64,000 bases of DNA from Planctomycetia bacterium (GTDB lineage: Bacteria > Planctomycetota > Planctomycetia > Pirellulales > UBA1268): contig JBJTDB010000374.1 in the NCBI GenBank assembly GCA_046092145.1, positions 15,762 to 79,761 of the forward strand. The letters run 5' to 3'. The translations under genes and the position numbers were made by a program. Below are positions 55,606-64,000 of the stretch, piece after piece (within the stretch, counting starts at the first letter, position 1; the number at the start of each line of letters is the position of its first letter). The notes below the pieces were generated by a model. That model ran no database searches. It was given only the letters and a program-made list of their open reading frames with translations, and was not told where the DNA came from.

Positions 55606-56455
55606 GAATACCTCCCTGCGGCCATCGGTGGCGTGGCTCCAGGGCGCACGGCGGCGCCCTTGCCTGCACGAACGACGGCCAGTCGATCCAATCGCCTCAC
55701 CGGCCCACACGCGCGGGCCGTGCCCGTGACACCGCCCTCGCGGCGACACGCGCTCCTCTCGAACACTGGTAGGTCTTCTGACTCCCAGGCTCGGTCGGCT
55801 GCAGCCTTCTCGCACCGCACCGTCGCAACGATGCATGCAATGGCTTGAACACAGCCGGCCTTTTTCCCGAGACCGAGGGCTTCCCTCGGTTCGGAAATCG
55901 CCCGGATACAGCGGCGGGGCCGTCCCGGAATCGCACCGGAGTTCCCTGTTTGCCGCCGAAAACCAGATGCTTTCGACGGCCACCAGGCTCGGCGGCAAAG
56001 TCTACGGGTCGTGCCGGTCGTGTCAACCAACGCCGGCAACGCCCGCACGACCGTCACGGTTTATCAGGCCGAGCCTGTCACCTGTCAAAGGCTGCGGGTC
56101 ACGGTGAGAACACGCACGAGACTCTGACGGTTGATCGGCCTCGCGCCGCACCGCTTGCCGGCGCGGAACGCGCGGCATTTCTTGCCCACGCGTCACCACA
56201 AGTCCTTCGGCGAAAAATACTTGGAGCGTGTTCAAGCCGCTTTCGCCAAGTCGCCGATAGGCCACATGTCCCCCGGGGCATCACTGTGCCCGTCGGGCAA
56301 CCAGGGGGCGGCAGTCACCTGCGATCGATCGAGTCACGGAATGGCTCGACAGGCCTGCCGTAGAAGAGTTCGTGGATCACAACCTCGGGATGACAAGACT
56401 CGCGAACGGGACGAAGCATTCTCGCGTGATCCGCAAGCAAAGGAGATGTGGCTCG

Positions 56456-57226
56456 ATGAAGCGTATGATGTTCCTCGGTGCGCTGATTCTCGGTGTTACC
56501 GTCTGTACCCAGTCCTATGGTTTCGAGCTCCTTGATCGGATGCTCGGCCACCATCGGGGCTGCTGTGATTCGTGCTGTGAGCCCGGCTGCGATGCCGGCA
56601 AGGGGTGCTGCGAACCGGGCTGCGGAGCCGGCAACGGCTGTGCGGAACCGGCCTGCGGCGCTGGCAATGGCTGTGCGGAGCCCGCTTGCGGTGCCGGCAA
56701 CGGCTGCTGCGAGCCGAGCTGCGGTGCGGCTTCGTGCTGCGGCGTTCGGAAGAAGTGCGACCTGTTCGGCGGGCTGAAGGGCCTGTTCGAGAAGTGCAAG
56801 GCGAAGCATCGTGGCTGCTGCGACAGCTGCTGCGATGAGCCCGATTGCGGTGCTGGCAACGGCTGCTGCGAGCCCGCTTGCGGTGCTGGCAACGGCTGCT
56901 GCGAGCCCGCTTGCGGTGCTGGCAACGGCTGCTGCGAGCCGAGCTGCGGTGCCGCCTCGTGCTGCGGTGTCCGGAAGAAGCACACGCCGATTGCTGATCT
57001 CCTCCGGGCGATCCATGACGCGAAGAAGTGCCGCCGGAGCTGCTGCGACAGCTGCTGCAACGAGCCCGACTGCGGTGCTGGCTGCGAGCCCGCCTGCGGT
57101 GCCGGCAACGGCTGCTGCGAGCCGGCCTGCGGTGCGAACCAGGCTGCCCCGACCCCCGATGCCTCGGCGTCGGTCAAGGGAACGAGCAAGGTCGTCGCGG
57201 TGAGCCGCATGGTCGAGATCAAGTGA
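56456..57226 (+). CDS. secreted modular cysteine-rich repeat protein (about 46 Cys in 256 aa)
   Basis: The signal peptide MKRMMFLGALILGVTVCTQSYG is followed by three modules. Each module has a helical linker (LLDRMLGHHRG, LKGLFEKCKAKHRG, LLRAIHDAKKCRRS), then CCDSCC, then 11-aa units EPxCGAGNGC(C/A). The first two modules close with EPSCGAASCCGVRKK. Confidence 0.75.
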   Translation: MKRMMFLGALILGVTVCTQSYGFELLDRMLGHHRGCCDSCCEPGCDAGKGCCEPGCGAGNGCAEPACGAGNGCAEPACGAGNGCCEPSCGAASCCGVRKKCDLFGGLKGLFEKCKAKHRGCCDSCCDEPDCGAGNGCCEPACGAGNGCCEPACGAGNGCCEPSCGAASCCGVRKKHTPIADLLRAIHDAKKCRRSCCDSCCNEPDCGAGCEPACGAGNGCCEPACGANQAAPTPDASASVKGTSKVVAVSRMVEIK

Positions 57227-57278
57227 GTTGAGGGCAGGTAGGTCGATCGGAGATCTGTTGCCCGACTTCGGCCAGTGA

Positions 57279-57315
57279 GCTCCGCCCGGGAGGAAACTCC
57301 CGGGCGGAGTTTTTT
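57279..57315 (+). terminator. canonical rho-independent terminator
   Basis: gctccgcccgggag-gaaa-ctcccgggcggag followed by tttttt, 52 nt after the Cys-rich gene stop. The TAA stop of the convergent GTPase-like gene (57314-57316) lies in the T-tract. Confidence 0.8.
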
Positions 57316-59140
57316 ACGTTTTGAGTCGGCCGAGTGTGGTGGCGGGCTCGTCGAGGCCGGCGGCGAGCGAGCGGGCCTCGCGGGCGATTCGATCGCCGGC
57401 ATCGATCGAGCGGCTGATGGTGTCGGCGGCGTCGGCGAAATCCGAGAGCAGTGGATCGACCAGCCGTGCCGCGGGGAGGCGGGCCATCAGCGACGTGATG
57501 TCTCGGTGCAAGCCGGCTCGCACCCATGTGAAGAGCAGCCATCGCAGCACGAGCCCCCACAGGATGATCCAGACGAGCGATTCCTCGAGGAAGGCGACGC
57601 CATCGACCCGCCGCCCCTCCCAGAGATGTCCGTAGAAGTAGCTCCAGCCCGCGCGGCCGAGCACGACGACGATCAGCGACGCGAAGAGGATTTCGAATCC
57701 CCAGCGGAGCACGGGGCCATCGACGCGGCGGCGGCGCTCGCTCACCAGCCGCTCGATTCCCGACGCGAGCCACCGGCCGGTTCGATCGAGAACCGCGCCG
57801 GCCGTTTCGCCGGTCCGCGCATCATCCAGCCTCGCCCGCCCCACGAGCGGCTCGACGATCTTCGCCCGCGCCGCATGGCCCACGAGGATGCTTCGCGACT
57901 GCTCGACCTCGGCCGCGGAAAGCCCGAGCTCCTCCACCGCGTGCCACGCCCCGTGCCCGGTCGCGACCTGCTCCGGCGCGTTGCCGGCCAGCAGCCGCCC
58001 GATCAAGCCTCCCCCGGGCCGCATCCGCGTCCAGAACGATCCGATCGCGGAAACCGTATGCAGAAACATCGCGAACGGCCCGCCGTGCCAACGATCGACG
58101 AGCTCGTCGGCCAAAAGCCGCTGCCATGCCGTGCGATTGGTCTGCAGCGTCTCCTCGATCGACCGCCCGAGCAGCCCCTCCAGCCGCGCCCGCTCCGTCT
58201 TCACACCGGCAGCCAGCCGCGCGACCGGCTCCCGCAGAGGATCGATCTGCGCGGCCGCCTGCCCCATGAACCAGGTGGCCAGATCGAGTGCTCCGGTCCG
58301 CCGCACCCGCCGCGCCGCGCGTCCGACGAGTTCCTCGTCGATCGCCGAGACGAGTTCCCGGAAGCCGGGTTCCGGCGCGAGCCCGGCCGCGGCCCGCCGC
58401 GCCGCATCGAGGGCGTCGAGCCGGAAGATCCTTGGCACCACGAACCCCTGCGACTCCAGTTCCCGCCTCCAGTCGTCGCGGATGTCGGGGTCGCGCGAGG
58501 CATGAGACTGCACGAAGAGCAGCGGCCGCCCCGGGGCGAAGGCCTGCAGTTCCCGGGCCACGATCCACGACCTGTATTTCTGCGCCGTGGCGACCAAGAG
58601 CAGCACGTCGCACACCGGGAGCACGGCCGCGAGCATGTCGCGGTTGCGATTGGCATCGCTCGGGCGAGGCGGGTGATCGCCCTCTCGGTGCGGCTCGTCT
58701 GGCTGCGTGTCGGGATCGGGGCAGTCGATGAGCACGATGTTGGCCACGGCCGGGGCATCGCTGCGGACGACGCGGGCCTGCATCGCGTCGATCGGCAGCC
58801 ACGAGCAATCGATCTCCTGGGAGACGACCACGACGGGCGTCGTCGTCGTCGGCCTCGCGACATCGCTCGCGGCCGTCACGTCGCGGCCGGTCAACGCGTT
58901 GACGAGCGTGCTCTTCCCGGTGCCGGTGCCACCGATGACGCCCACCACCAGCATCCGGGCAAGCTCGCGCCGCGTGCGATCGAGCCTCGGCGAAAGCTGC
59001 TCCCACTCCGAGCGGATCCGCCGCGCCGGCGGCCAGTCAGGCCCCGAGCCGACCCATCGCGAAAGCGACTCGACGAGTTCGTCGAAGCTCGTGAAATCGA
59101 TGCCGGGCTCCGGCGCGTCGGTGGAAGGAACGTCGTTCAT
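57314..59140 (-). CDS. P-loop GTPase-like protein with C-terminal membrane hairpin (dynamin-like/DUF697-like)
   Basis: Walker A GVIGGTGTGKSTLVNALTG. Two hydrophobic helices lie near residues 480-540 (FEILFASLIVVVLG, LVWIILWGLVLRWLLFTWV). ATG 59140 forms an ATGA overlap with the upstream partner. Confidence 0.7.
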   Translation of the reverse strand: MNDVPSTDAPEPGIDFTSFDELVESLSRWVGSGPDWPPARRIRSEWEQLSPRLDRTRRELARMLVVGVIGGTGTGKSTLVNALTGRDVTAASDVARPTTTTPVVVVSQEIDCSWLPIDAMQARVVRSDAPAVANIVLIDCPDPDTQPDEPHREGDHPPRPSDANRNRDMLAAVLPVCDVLLLVATAQKYRSWIVARELQAFAPGRPLLFVQSHASRDPDIRDDWRRELESQGFVVPRIFRLDALDAARRAAAGLAPEPGFRELVSAIDEELVGRAARRVRRTGALDLATWFMGQAAAQIDPLREPVARLAAGVKTERARLEGLLGRSIEETLQTNRTAWQRLLADELVDRWHGGPFAMFLHTVSAIGSFWTRMRPGGGLIGRLLAGNAPEQVATGHGAWHAVEELGLSAAEVEQSRSILVGHAARAKIVEPLVGRARLDDARTGETAGAVLDRTGRWLASGIERLVSERRRRVDGPVLRWGFEILFASLIVVVLGRAGWSYFYGHLWEGRRVDGVAFLEESLVWIILWGLVLRWLLFTWVRAGLHRDITSLMARLPAARLVDPLLSDFADAADTISRSIDAGDRIAREARSLAAGLDEPATTLGRLKT

Positions 59141-60975
59141 CGGGCCAGCTCCCGGCCGCATTCGAGGAGAAGGCTGCGGGCCCTGGCGACCTCGGGCCGT
59201 GACGCAGCCTCGGCGAGCCGTTCGATCCGCTCGAGGCGGTCGCCGAGCACGACGTCGCGGATCGTCTCGGCGAGCACGCGCCTGCGGCCGGCCGACCATC
59301 CCGCGAAGAGCCGTTCGATGAGCGGGCGAATGCCGCGCGAGGCCGCCGCGACGGCCCCCTCGCCGGCCAGCGGCGCCGCCACGGTCACGCCCACATCGAG
59401 CATGGAGTGCAGCACGCCTGCGGCTGCCGGAATCGCGGCCGAACCGACGTTGAACAGCGCGATCGTCATCACCGGCCGTGCGATCGAGCCGACCGTCAGG
59501 CCCGCCAGCACCGCCTTCACCATGCCGGGGTTCTCGGCGGCGAACCGATCGAGTTCGGTCCGCACGAACGTCCGGTAGTCGTCCGACACCAGCGGCAGCG
59601 CCGCATGACGCCGTTCGAGGTCGGCATACCATGCGGCCCGGTCGGCCTGCACGAGCCGATCCTCGAGCATGGCGGCCAGTTTCGGCTGCGCTCGGCAGAT
59701 GCCGTCGAGCCGATCGACGAAGTCGCCGAGCGCCTGCTTGAGCGAGGCCAGTTCGACCGTTGCAAAATCGTCCCGCTTTTCCGAATCGGTGCGGAGCAGG
59801 CCGGCCCACCGCCCGGCCACTCGCACGGCGCGGCCCACCTGGCGATACCCGCGGCTCACGGCGAGGTCGAAGCCCGATCGCCGCGGCTCGAGCCACTCCC
59901 AGATCTCGTTCCACACGATCTCCCGCGGCGCGGCCGGCATCTCCACCCGCACACGGCTCTGGTCGGTGAGCAGACGGCGGGCATCCTGCCAGCCACGCGA
60001 CGACGCCTCGACGGCATCGAGCCAGGCAGCCGCACCCGCGGCCGGATCGAGCACGACGCGAAACGCCCCCTCCATCGATCGCATCTTGATGCGGTCGAAG
60101 TCGCAGTCGATCAGCCGCTGTCGCAGGTCGGCCGAGCCGCCGTCGGGCGAAAACTCGGGCATGGCGTGAAAGCTGATCCGACCCTCCGACGCAGCCTTGA
60201 AATCGAATGGCGAGGCATAGACAGCCGCCGGCTCGGCCCCCGTCTCGACGACGAACGTCCGCAGCCATCCCGCGATCACCTGCCGCTGGGCGGGCCACTC
60301 GACCATGTTGAAGACCACGATGATCGTCTTGCGTGCCGCGGCCGCGGCGGTGAAAAAATCGCGAACGGCCGCGTCGTTGTATTTCTGCTGGGTGAGCACA
60401 GCCACGATCACGTCGCACGCGTTGCGGACGAGTTCGGCCCGCTGCCAGTTGTCGCGAAGCGTGCCATCGATGTCGGGCGTGTCGAGGAGCACGAGCCGCT
60501 CGGGCTGGGTGCCGCCGGCATCCTCGCGCCACACGAGCGTGTCGGTGTCGGTCGGATCGAGGGCGTCGTCCTCCGACGACCACGGCTTCGGTGTGAATCC
60601 CGGAAAGAGCGAGGCGATGTCGAGCCGCGACGACAGGCCTCGGGGCAGGCTGACGACGGGATGTCGGGTCTTGGCCGCCTCGGGCACCGAGCGGCTGATC
60701 TCGCTGCCGACCAGCGCGTTGGCGATGAGGCTCTTGCCGGTGTTCGTGCCGCCGCAGACGGCCGCCACGAGGAGTGGCTCGCGATCGACCTGCGGCCCGA
60801 GCTTGCCGAAGAGGGCGCCGTGCCAGTCGGAGGATGCCGGAGCGGGCGCACCGAGTTCGCGGCCCAGCGGCTCGAGGGCGGCGAGACTCTGGCAGAGTTC
60901 ACGGACACATTCCGACCACGCGGCGAAGCTCGTCGTGGCGCCGGGACCGCGGGTGGATGGGGGGGCGTCGTGCAC
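59137..60975 (-). CDS. P-loop GTPase-like protein (dynamin-like), upstream partner
   Basis: Walker [20 protein letters not shown] with [11 protein letters not shown], and a large helical C-terminal half with a hydrophobic patch ([24 protein letters not shown]). GTG start at 60975 with no clear SD. Confidence 0.7.
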   Translation of the reverse strand: MHDAPPSTRGPGATTSFAAWSECVRELCQSLAALEPLGRELGAPAPASSDWHGALFGKLGPQVDREPLLVAAVCGGTNTGKSLIANALVGSEISRSVPEAAKTRHPVVSLPRGLSSRLDIASLFPGFTPKPWSSEDDALDPTDTDTLVWREDAGGTQPERLVLLDTPDIDGTLRDNWQRAELVRNACDVIVAVLTQQKYNDAAVRDFFTAAAAARKTIIVVFNMVEWPAQRQVIAGWLRTFVVETGAEPAAVYASPFDFKAASEGRISFHAMPEFSPDGGSADLRQRLIDCDFDRIKMRSMEGAFRVVLDPAAGAAAWLDAVEASSRGWQDARRLLTDQSRVRVEMPAAPREIVWNEIWEWLEPRRSGFDLAVSRGYRQVGRAVRVAGRWAGLLRTDSEKRDDFATVELASLKQALGDFVDRLDGICRAQPKLAAMLEDRLVQADRAAWYADLERRHAALPLVSDDYRTFVRTELDRFAAENPGMVKAVLAGLTVGSIARPVMTIALFNVGSAAIPAAAGVLHSMLDVGVTVAAPLAGEGAVAAASRGIRPLIERLFAGWSAGRRRVLAETIRDVVLGDRLERIERLAEAASRPEVARARSLLLECGRELAR

Positions 60976-61142
60976 GGTTGAATGGGTCGATGGGCCGGGA
61001 TCCGCCCGGCCTGATTTACGCCGGGGTTCTCGAGCGCTACACTACAGGCAGGCTTCGGGGTTCATCGCCCACGACGCCGGCTCCGCAAGTGTGTCCTCCC
61101 CGGCGGAGCCCCGCAAATCCCAGTCTTTTCCCGAACCACCCG

Positions 61143-61964
61143 ATGCGCGAACGTCGTCCACTCTTTCCCGGTGTCATCGAGATCAACCATCAGGCCGGCT
61201 ACCGGATCGGCTGCAGCGTCTATCTGGTCTACGATGACCGCGACTGGGCGCTCATCGACATCGGCTACGAGGAGACGGTCGATGAGATCATCGAGCTGAT
61301 CCGCCAGCTCGATTTCCCGTTGTCGCAGTGCCGGGCCCTCATCGCCACGCACGCCGACGTGGACCACATCCAGGGGCTCGCCCGGGCGAAGGGGATTCTC
61401 AAGGTGCCGGTGCTGGCCCACCCGAAGGCCGTGCCGTCACTGGAATCGGGTGATCCGATCAAGACGTTCGCCGAGATCGCCGCCCAGAACATCCGCATGC
61501 CGATGCCGACGGTGAAGGTCGATCGCGAGATCAAGGACGGCGACATCGTCGAGATCGGCTCCCGAAAACTCGAGGTCTGGCATACGCCTGGCCACACCGA
61601 CAGCCAGCTCGCGTTTCGTCTCGGCCCCCTGCTGCTCTCCGGCGACAACATCTACCGCGACGGCTCCGTCGGCGCGATCGACGCCCACCATGGCAGCGAC
61701 ATTCCGTCGTTCATCCGATCGCTCGGGCGAATCCTCGCCAGCGACGTCGAGTGGCTGTTGCCGAGCCACGGCCCGGTGTTTCGCAAGGACGACGCACTTC
61801 TGAAGAAGACGATCGCCCGGCTCGAAGGCTACCTGACGCTCGCCGACTTCGGCACCTGCGCCCCCCACTGGCCCCTGATCGACGAATGGGACCGCGAACT
61901 GGCGGAGGGCCGCATGCCCGCCGAAAAACCGAGACCGGAAAAGGCCGTCGCGCGGGCCACCTGA
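61143..61964 (+). CDS. MBL-fold metallo-hydrolase
   Basis: [11 protein letters not shown] (HxHxDH-type motif), WHTPGHT and LLPSHG. Confidence 0.85.
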   Translation: MRERRPLFPGVIEINHQAGYRIGCSVYLVYDDRDWALIDIGYEETVDEIIELIRQLDFPLSQCRALIATHADVDHIQGLARAKGILKVPVLAHPKAVPSLESGDPIKTFAEIAAQNIRMPMPTVKVDREIKDGDIVEIGSRKLEVWHTPGHTDSQLAFRLGPLLLSGDNIYRDGSVGAIDAHHGSDIPSFIRSLGRILASDVEWLLPSHGPVFRKDDALLKKTIARLEGYLTLADFGTCAPHWPLIDEWDRELAEGRMPAEKPRPEKAVARAT

Positions 61965-62094
61965 CGGTGAGGGGCTGCCCCTCGCCCCCTCACGCCATTC
62001 CGCGTTTGGCAAACCCTGACGATTTTTCCGTCAAGAACGGTCGTGCCGACTGCCGATACCTGTGAGACGACCGGTTTTCAGGGGGGACAATCAA

Positions 62095-62436
62095 ATGAAA
62101 CGGCACCTGTTTGCCGCCGCGGCGATCGTCGCCGGGGCGATGCTTTTCACGGCCGACGACGCCCGCGCCCAGCAGCCTTTCGCCGGAACGCAGGCCTACG
62201 GCTACCAGTGGGGCTCCTCGTACAACACCCACGATTGGAATCGGCTCTACCACTATCCGTATGTGTGGTATCCGCAGAATTTCTACGCCGACGGCTACTT
62301 CCAGAGTGCCAACGATCTCTACTACCGGTATCCGCAGGAGATGCGGGTGCCGGTCTACAACCGCCAGTGGCACAACGAGTATCCGAAGTCCCGCCGCTAT
62401 CACCAGGGCCACCACTTCCATCTCGACGTGTTCTAG
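62095..62436 (+). CDS. small secreted Tyr/Trp/His-rich protein
   Basis: Signal peptide MKRHLFAAAAIVAGAMLFTADDARA. The 88-aa mature part has about 15 Tyr, 4 Trp and 7 His (YHYPYVWYPQNFYADGYF...YYRYP...RRYHQGHHFHLDVF). Confidence 0.65.
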   Translation: MKRHLFAAAAIVAGAMLFTADDARAQQPFAGTQAYGYQWGSSYNTHDWNRLYHYPYVWYPQNFYADGYFQSANDLYYRYPQEMRVPVYNRQWHNEYPKSRRYHQGHHFHLDVF

Positions 62437-62440
62437 TTTC

Positions 62441-62550
62441 AAGCCTGCGGGGCCATCCATGGCCCCCGCAGGCTTGGCCTCATGCGAGCCTGCTCGCATG
62501 AGGCGGGCGGTCGCACCTCCGGGCGACCGTGGCCGCCGCTCCGCGGCGGC
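62441..62550 (+). repeat. family B multi-hairpin repeat, copy B2
   Basis: Hairpins aagcctgcgggg..ccccgcaggctt around ccatccatgg, cctcatgcgag-cctg-ctcgcatgagg, ggtcgc-acctccgg-gcgacc, and gccgccgc-tc-gcggcggc. The element starts 5 nt after the stop of the Tyr-rich gene. Confidence 0.75.
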
Positions 62551-62618
62551 GGAGGCTCGCCTCTGGCGAGCCGACCGTAAGATGCGACAGGCCCAAAGGG
62601 CTGACGCAGCGCGAAAAC

Positions 62619-62708
62619 AAGCCCCCCGCAGGCTTGGCCTCACGCGAGCCTGCTCGCATGAGGCGGGCGGTCGCACCTCCGGGCGACCGTGGCCGCCGCT
62701 CCGCGGCG
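62619..62708 (+). repeat. family B repeat, copy B3 (5'-truncated), followed by extra hairpins and a partial copy at 62824-62846
   Basis: Nearly identical to B2 from ccccgcaggcttggcct onward, with one C-A mispair in stem 2. Further on are ccccggg-tggaaa-cccgggg, cccccggt-tgcc-accggggg and the partial tcctggcgaccgtggccgccgct. Confidence 0.7.
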
Positions 62709-62858
62709 AAAAGCCCCGGGTGGAAACCCGGGGATAATCCGGCACCAAGCCCGTGTGGTCTTCAGCATTGATCCCCCGGTTGCCACCGGGGGCTTGCCTG
62801 AGCGCGGTCACCACCGCCGCACATCCTGGCGACCGTGGCCGCCGCTAGAATCTCACCC

Positions 62859-64000
62859 ATGGCCGGGCTCCAACATCCGCCGTTTGAGAACGACCGTGAG
62901 GCGGCGCGGTGGTGGCTCGACACCGTCTATGCCGGCGACCATGCCGTGCAGCTCACGCCACGGGCCGTCGTCAGCGGCATGCTGATCGGTGGCCTGATGT
63001 CGATCAGCAATCTCTATGTCGGCCTCAAGACCGGCTGGGGGCTCGGCGTCACGATCACGGCCTGCATCATCGCCTACGCCGTCTTCAAATTTCTCGAGCA
63101 GATCGTGCCCGCCTATCGTGCGCGGCCGTTCTCGACCCTCGAGAACTACACGATGTCGAGCGCCGCCAGCGCCGCCGGCTACATGTCGAGCGCCGGCCTC
63201 GTGTCGGCCATTCCTGCGCTCTACCTCACTACCGGCCGCATGCTCGCATGGTGGGAGATCGGCCTGTGGCTGCTCGCCCTTTCACTCCTCGGCGTCTTCA
63301 TGGCGATCCCGCTCAAGCGGCAGCTCATCAACGTCGATCAGCTCCCCTTCCCTTCCGGCATCGCCACCGCGGAGACGCTCGCGAGCATGCACAGCGAGGG
63401 GGGCGAGGCCGTGGTCAAGGCGCGGTCGCTCCTCGCCGCCGGCATCGTCGGGGCCGCGGTCGCTCTCTGGCGGGATCTCTTCGCGCAGGTGAAGGCTCTC
63501 GCTGACTTCGCGTTTCCGGCCGAAATCCCCTTCTGGCCGTCGGCCGCGGGCCGCGACCTGCTCACGAAATACACGATCGGCATCGAGGGCTCGCTCATCA
63601 TGGTGGCGGCCGGCGCGATCATGGGCATGCGGGTGGCTGCATCGATGCTCGTCGGATCGGTGATCTTCTACGGGATCCTCGGCCCGATCCTCGTGAGCCG
63701 CGGCATCGCGGAGCCAGGCTACCGCGGCATCGTGTCGTGGGTGCTCTGGCCCTCGACGGCGATGATGGTGGCGTCGGGGCTGTTGTCGTTCGGGCTGAAG
63801 TGGCGGACCGTGCTGCGGGCCTTCGGCGGCCTCGGTGCGATCCTCGGCGGCAGACCGGCCGACGACGATCCGCTCGCCCCGATCGAGGTGCCTGCGTCAT
63901 GGTTTCTTGCCGGCACGCTCGCCTCCGGCACCGCCTGCGTGATCCTGGGCCACTGGCTCTTCGGGATCACCTGGTGGATGGGCATCCTGGCGGTGGTGGT
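62859..64000 (+). CDS. OPT-family oligopeptide transporter (3' end outside window)
   Basis: The frame is open from ATG 62859 to the window end, so it is absent from the ORF track. MAGLQHPPFEND..QLTPRAVVSGMLIGGLMSISNLYVGLKTGWG... and DQLPFPSGIATAE are typical OPT patterns, with many TM segments. Confidence 0.75.
   Translation, partial: MAGLQHPPFENDREAARWWLDTVYAGDHAVQLTPRAVVSGMLIGGLMSISNLYVGLKTGWGLGVTITACIIAYAVFKFLEQIVPAYRARPFSTLENYTMSSAASAAGYMSSAGLVSAIPALYLTTGRMLAWWEIGLWLLALSLLGVFMAIPLKRQLINVDQLPFPSGIATAETLASMHSEGGEAVVKARSLLAAGIVGAAVALWRDLFAQVKALADFAFPAEIPFWPSAAGRDLLTKYTIGIEGSLIMVAAGAIMGMRVAASMLVGSVIFYGILGPILVSRGIAEPGYRGIVSWVLWPSTAMMVASGLLSFGLKWRTVLRAFGGLGAILGGRPADDDPLAPIEVPASWFLAGTLASGTACVILGHWLFGITWWMGILAVV

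Noticed and set aside
55845-56363. 172-aa ORF inside the 850-bp gap
   Set aside because: R/P/G-rich translation, no start context, no GC3 periodicity and no motif. Treated as non-coding.
56540-57140. Regular tandem DNA repeats (33-bp units) that could be mistaken for a CRISPR array or satellite
   Set aside because: The units are contiguous without unique spacers and stay in one frame. They encode the EPxCGAGNGCC units of a signal-peptide-bearing protein. No cas genes.
57275-60981. Two long plus-strand ORFs (767 aa and 524 aa) opposite the GTPase-like pair
   Set aside because: R/P/H/D-rich shadow composition and no P-loop or other motif. The minus-strand frames carry Walker A motifs, TM helices and ATGA coupling.
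1-64000. tRNA, rRNA, RNase P, SRP RNA, riboswitches upstream of pur/thyX/moeA genes, integrases or transposases
   Set aside because: By-eye scanning of intergenic regions found no T-arm (GTTCRA-type) or other diagnostic consensus blocks. It found no recombinase-like ORFs. Absence should be confirmed with tRNAscan-SE and Infernal.

Overview
High-GC bacterial chromosomal window. The gene content points to Planctomycetota: a DUF1559 protein with a prepilin-type N-terminus, PQQ-like beta-propeller and FGE-type exported proteins, secreted HEAT and PDZ proteins, and many exported hypotheticals. I call about 55 tightly packed protein genes on both strands. I recognised no rRNA, tRNA, CRISPR array, integrase or transposase. 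Most of the window is housekeeping: purine synthesis (a PurS-PurS-PurL fusion, purQ, purH), aromatic amino acid and folate genes (tyrA, trpC, trpG/pabA), rpoD, smpB, thyX, cysC, moeA, a ygiQ radical-SAM gene, an SbcCD-like pair next to a helicase-nuclease, transporters (SLC13/DASS, MFS, OPT), and an unpaired response regulator and histidine kinase. The unusual content falls into six groups. (1) A 131-133 bp repeat (family A) occurs four times, all in the same orientation. Its closing stem and two inner hairpins keep pairing through compensatory substitutions, and one copy sits inside the 5' end of an ORF. (2) A second multi-hairpin mosaic repeat (family B) follows rpoD and fills a 420 bp spacer near the window end. 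(3) Two secreted, extremely cysteine-rich proteins are present, one built from 33-bp tandem coding repeats. (4) A translationally coupled pair of atypical P-loop GTPase-like proteins is present, and the second has a membrane hairpin. (5) A [2Fe-2S] ferredoxin gene is coupled through a TTGA overlap to a P-II signalling protein. (6) A sigma70-like promoter drives a roughly 210 nt hairpin-rich leader and a 74-aa ORF beside smpB. Many genes use non-ATG starts (TTG for rpoD and the P-II gene; GTG for several others). Long antisense shadow ORFs are abundant and were rejected. All functional calls rest on motifs read by eye from the translations; no database search was possible.
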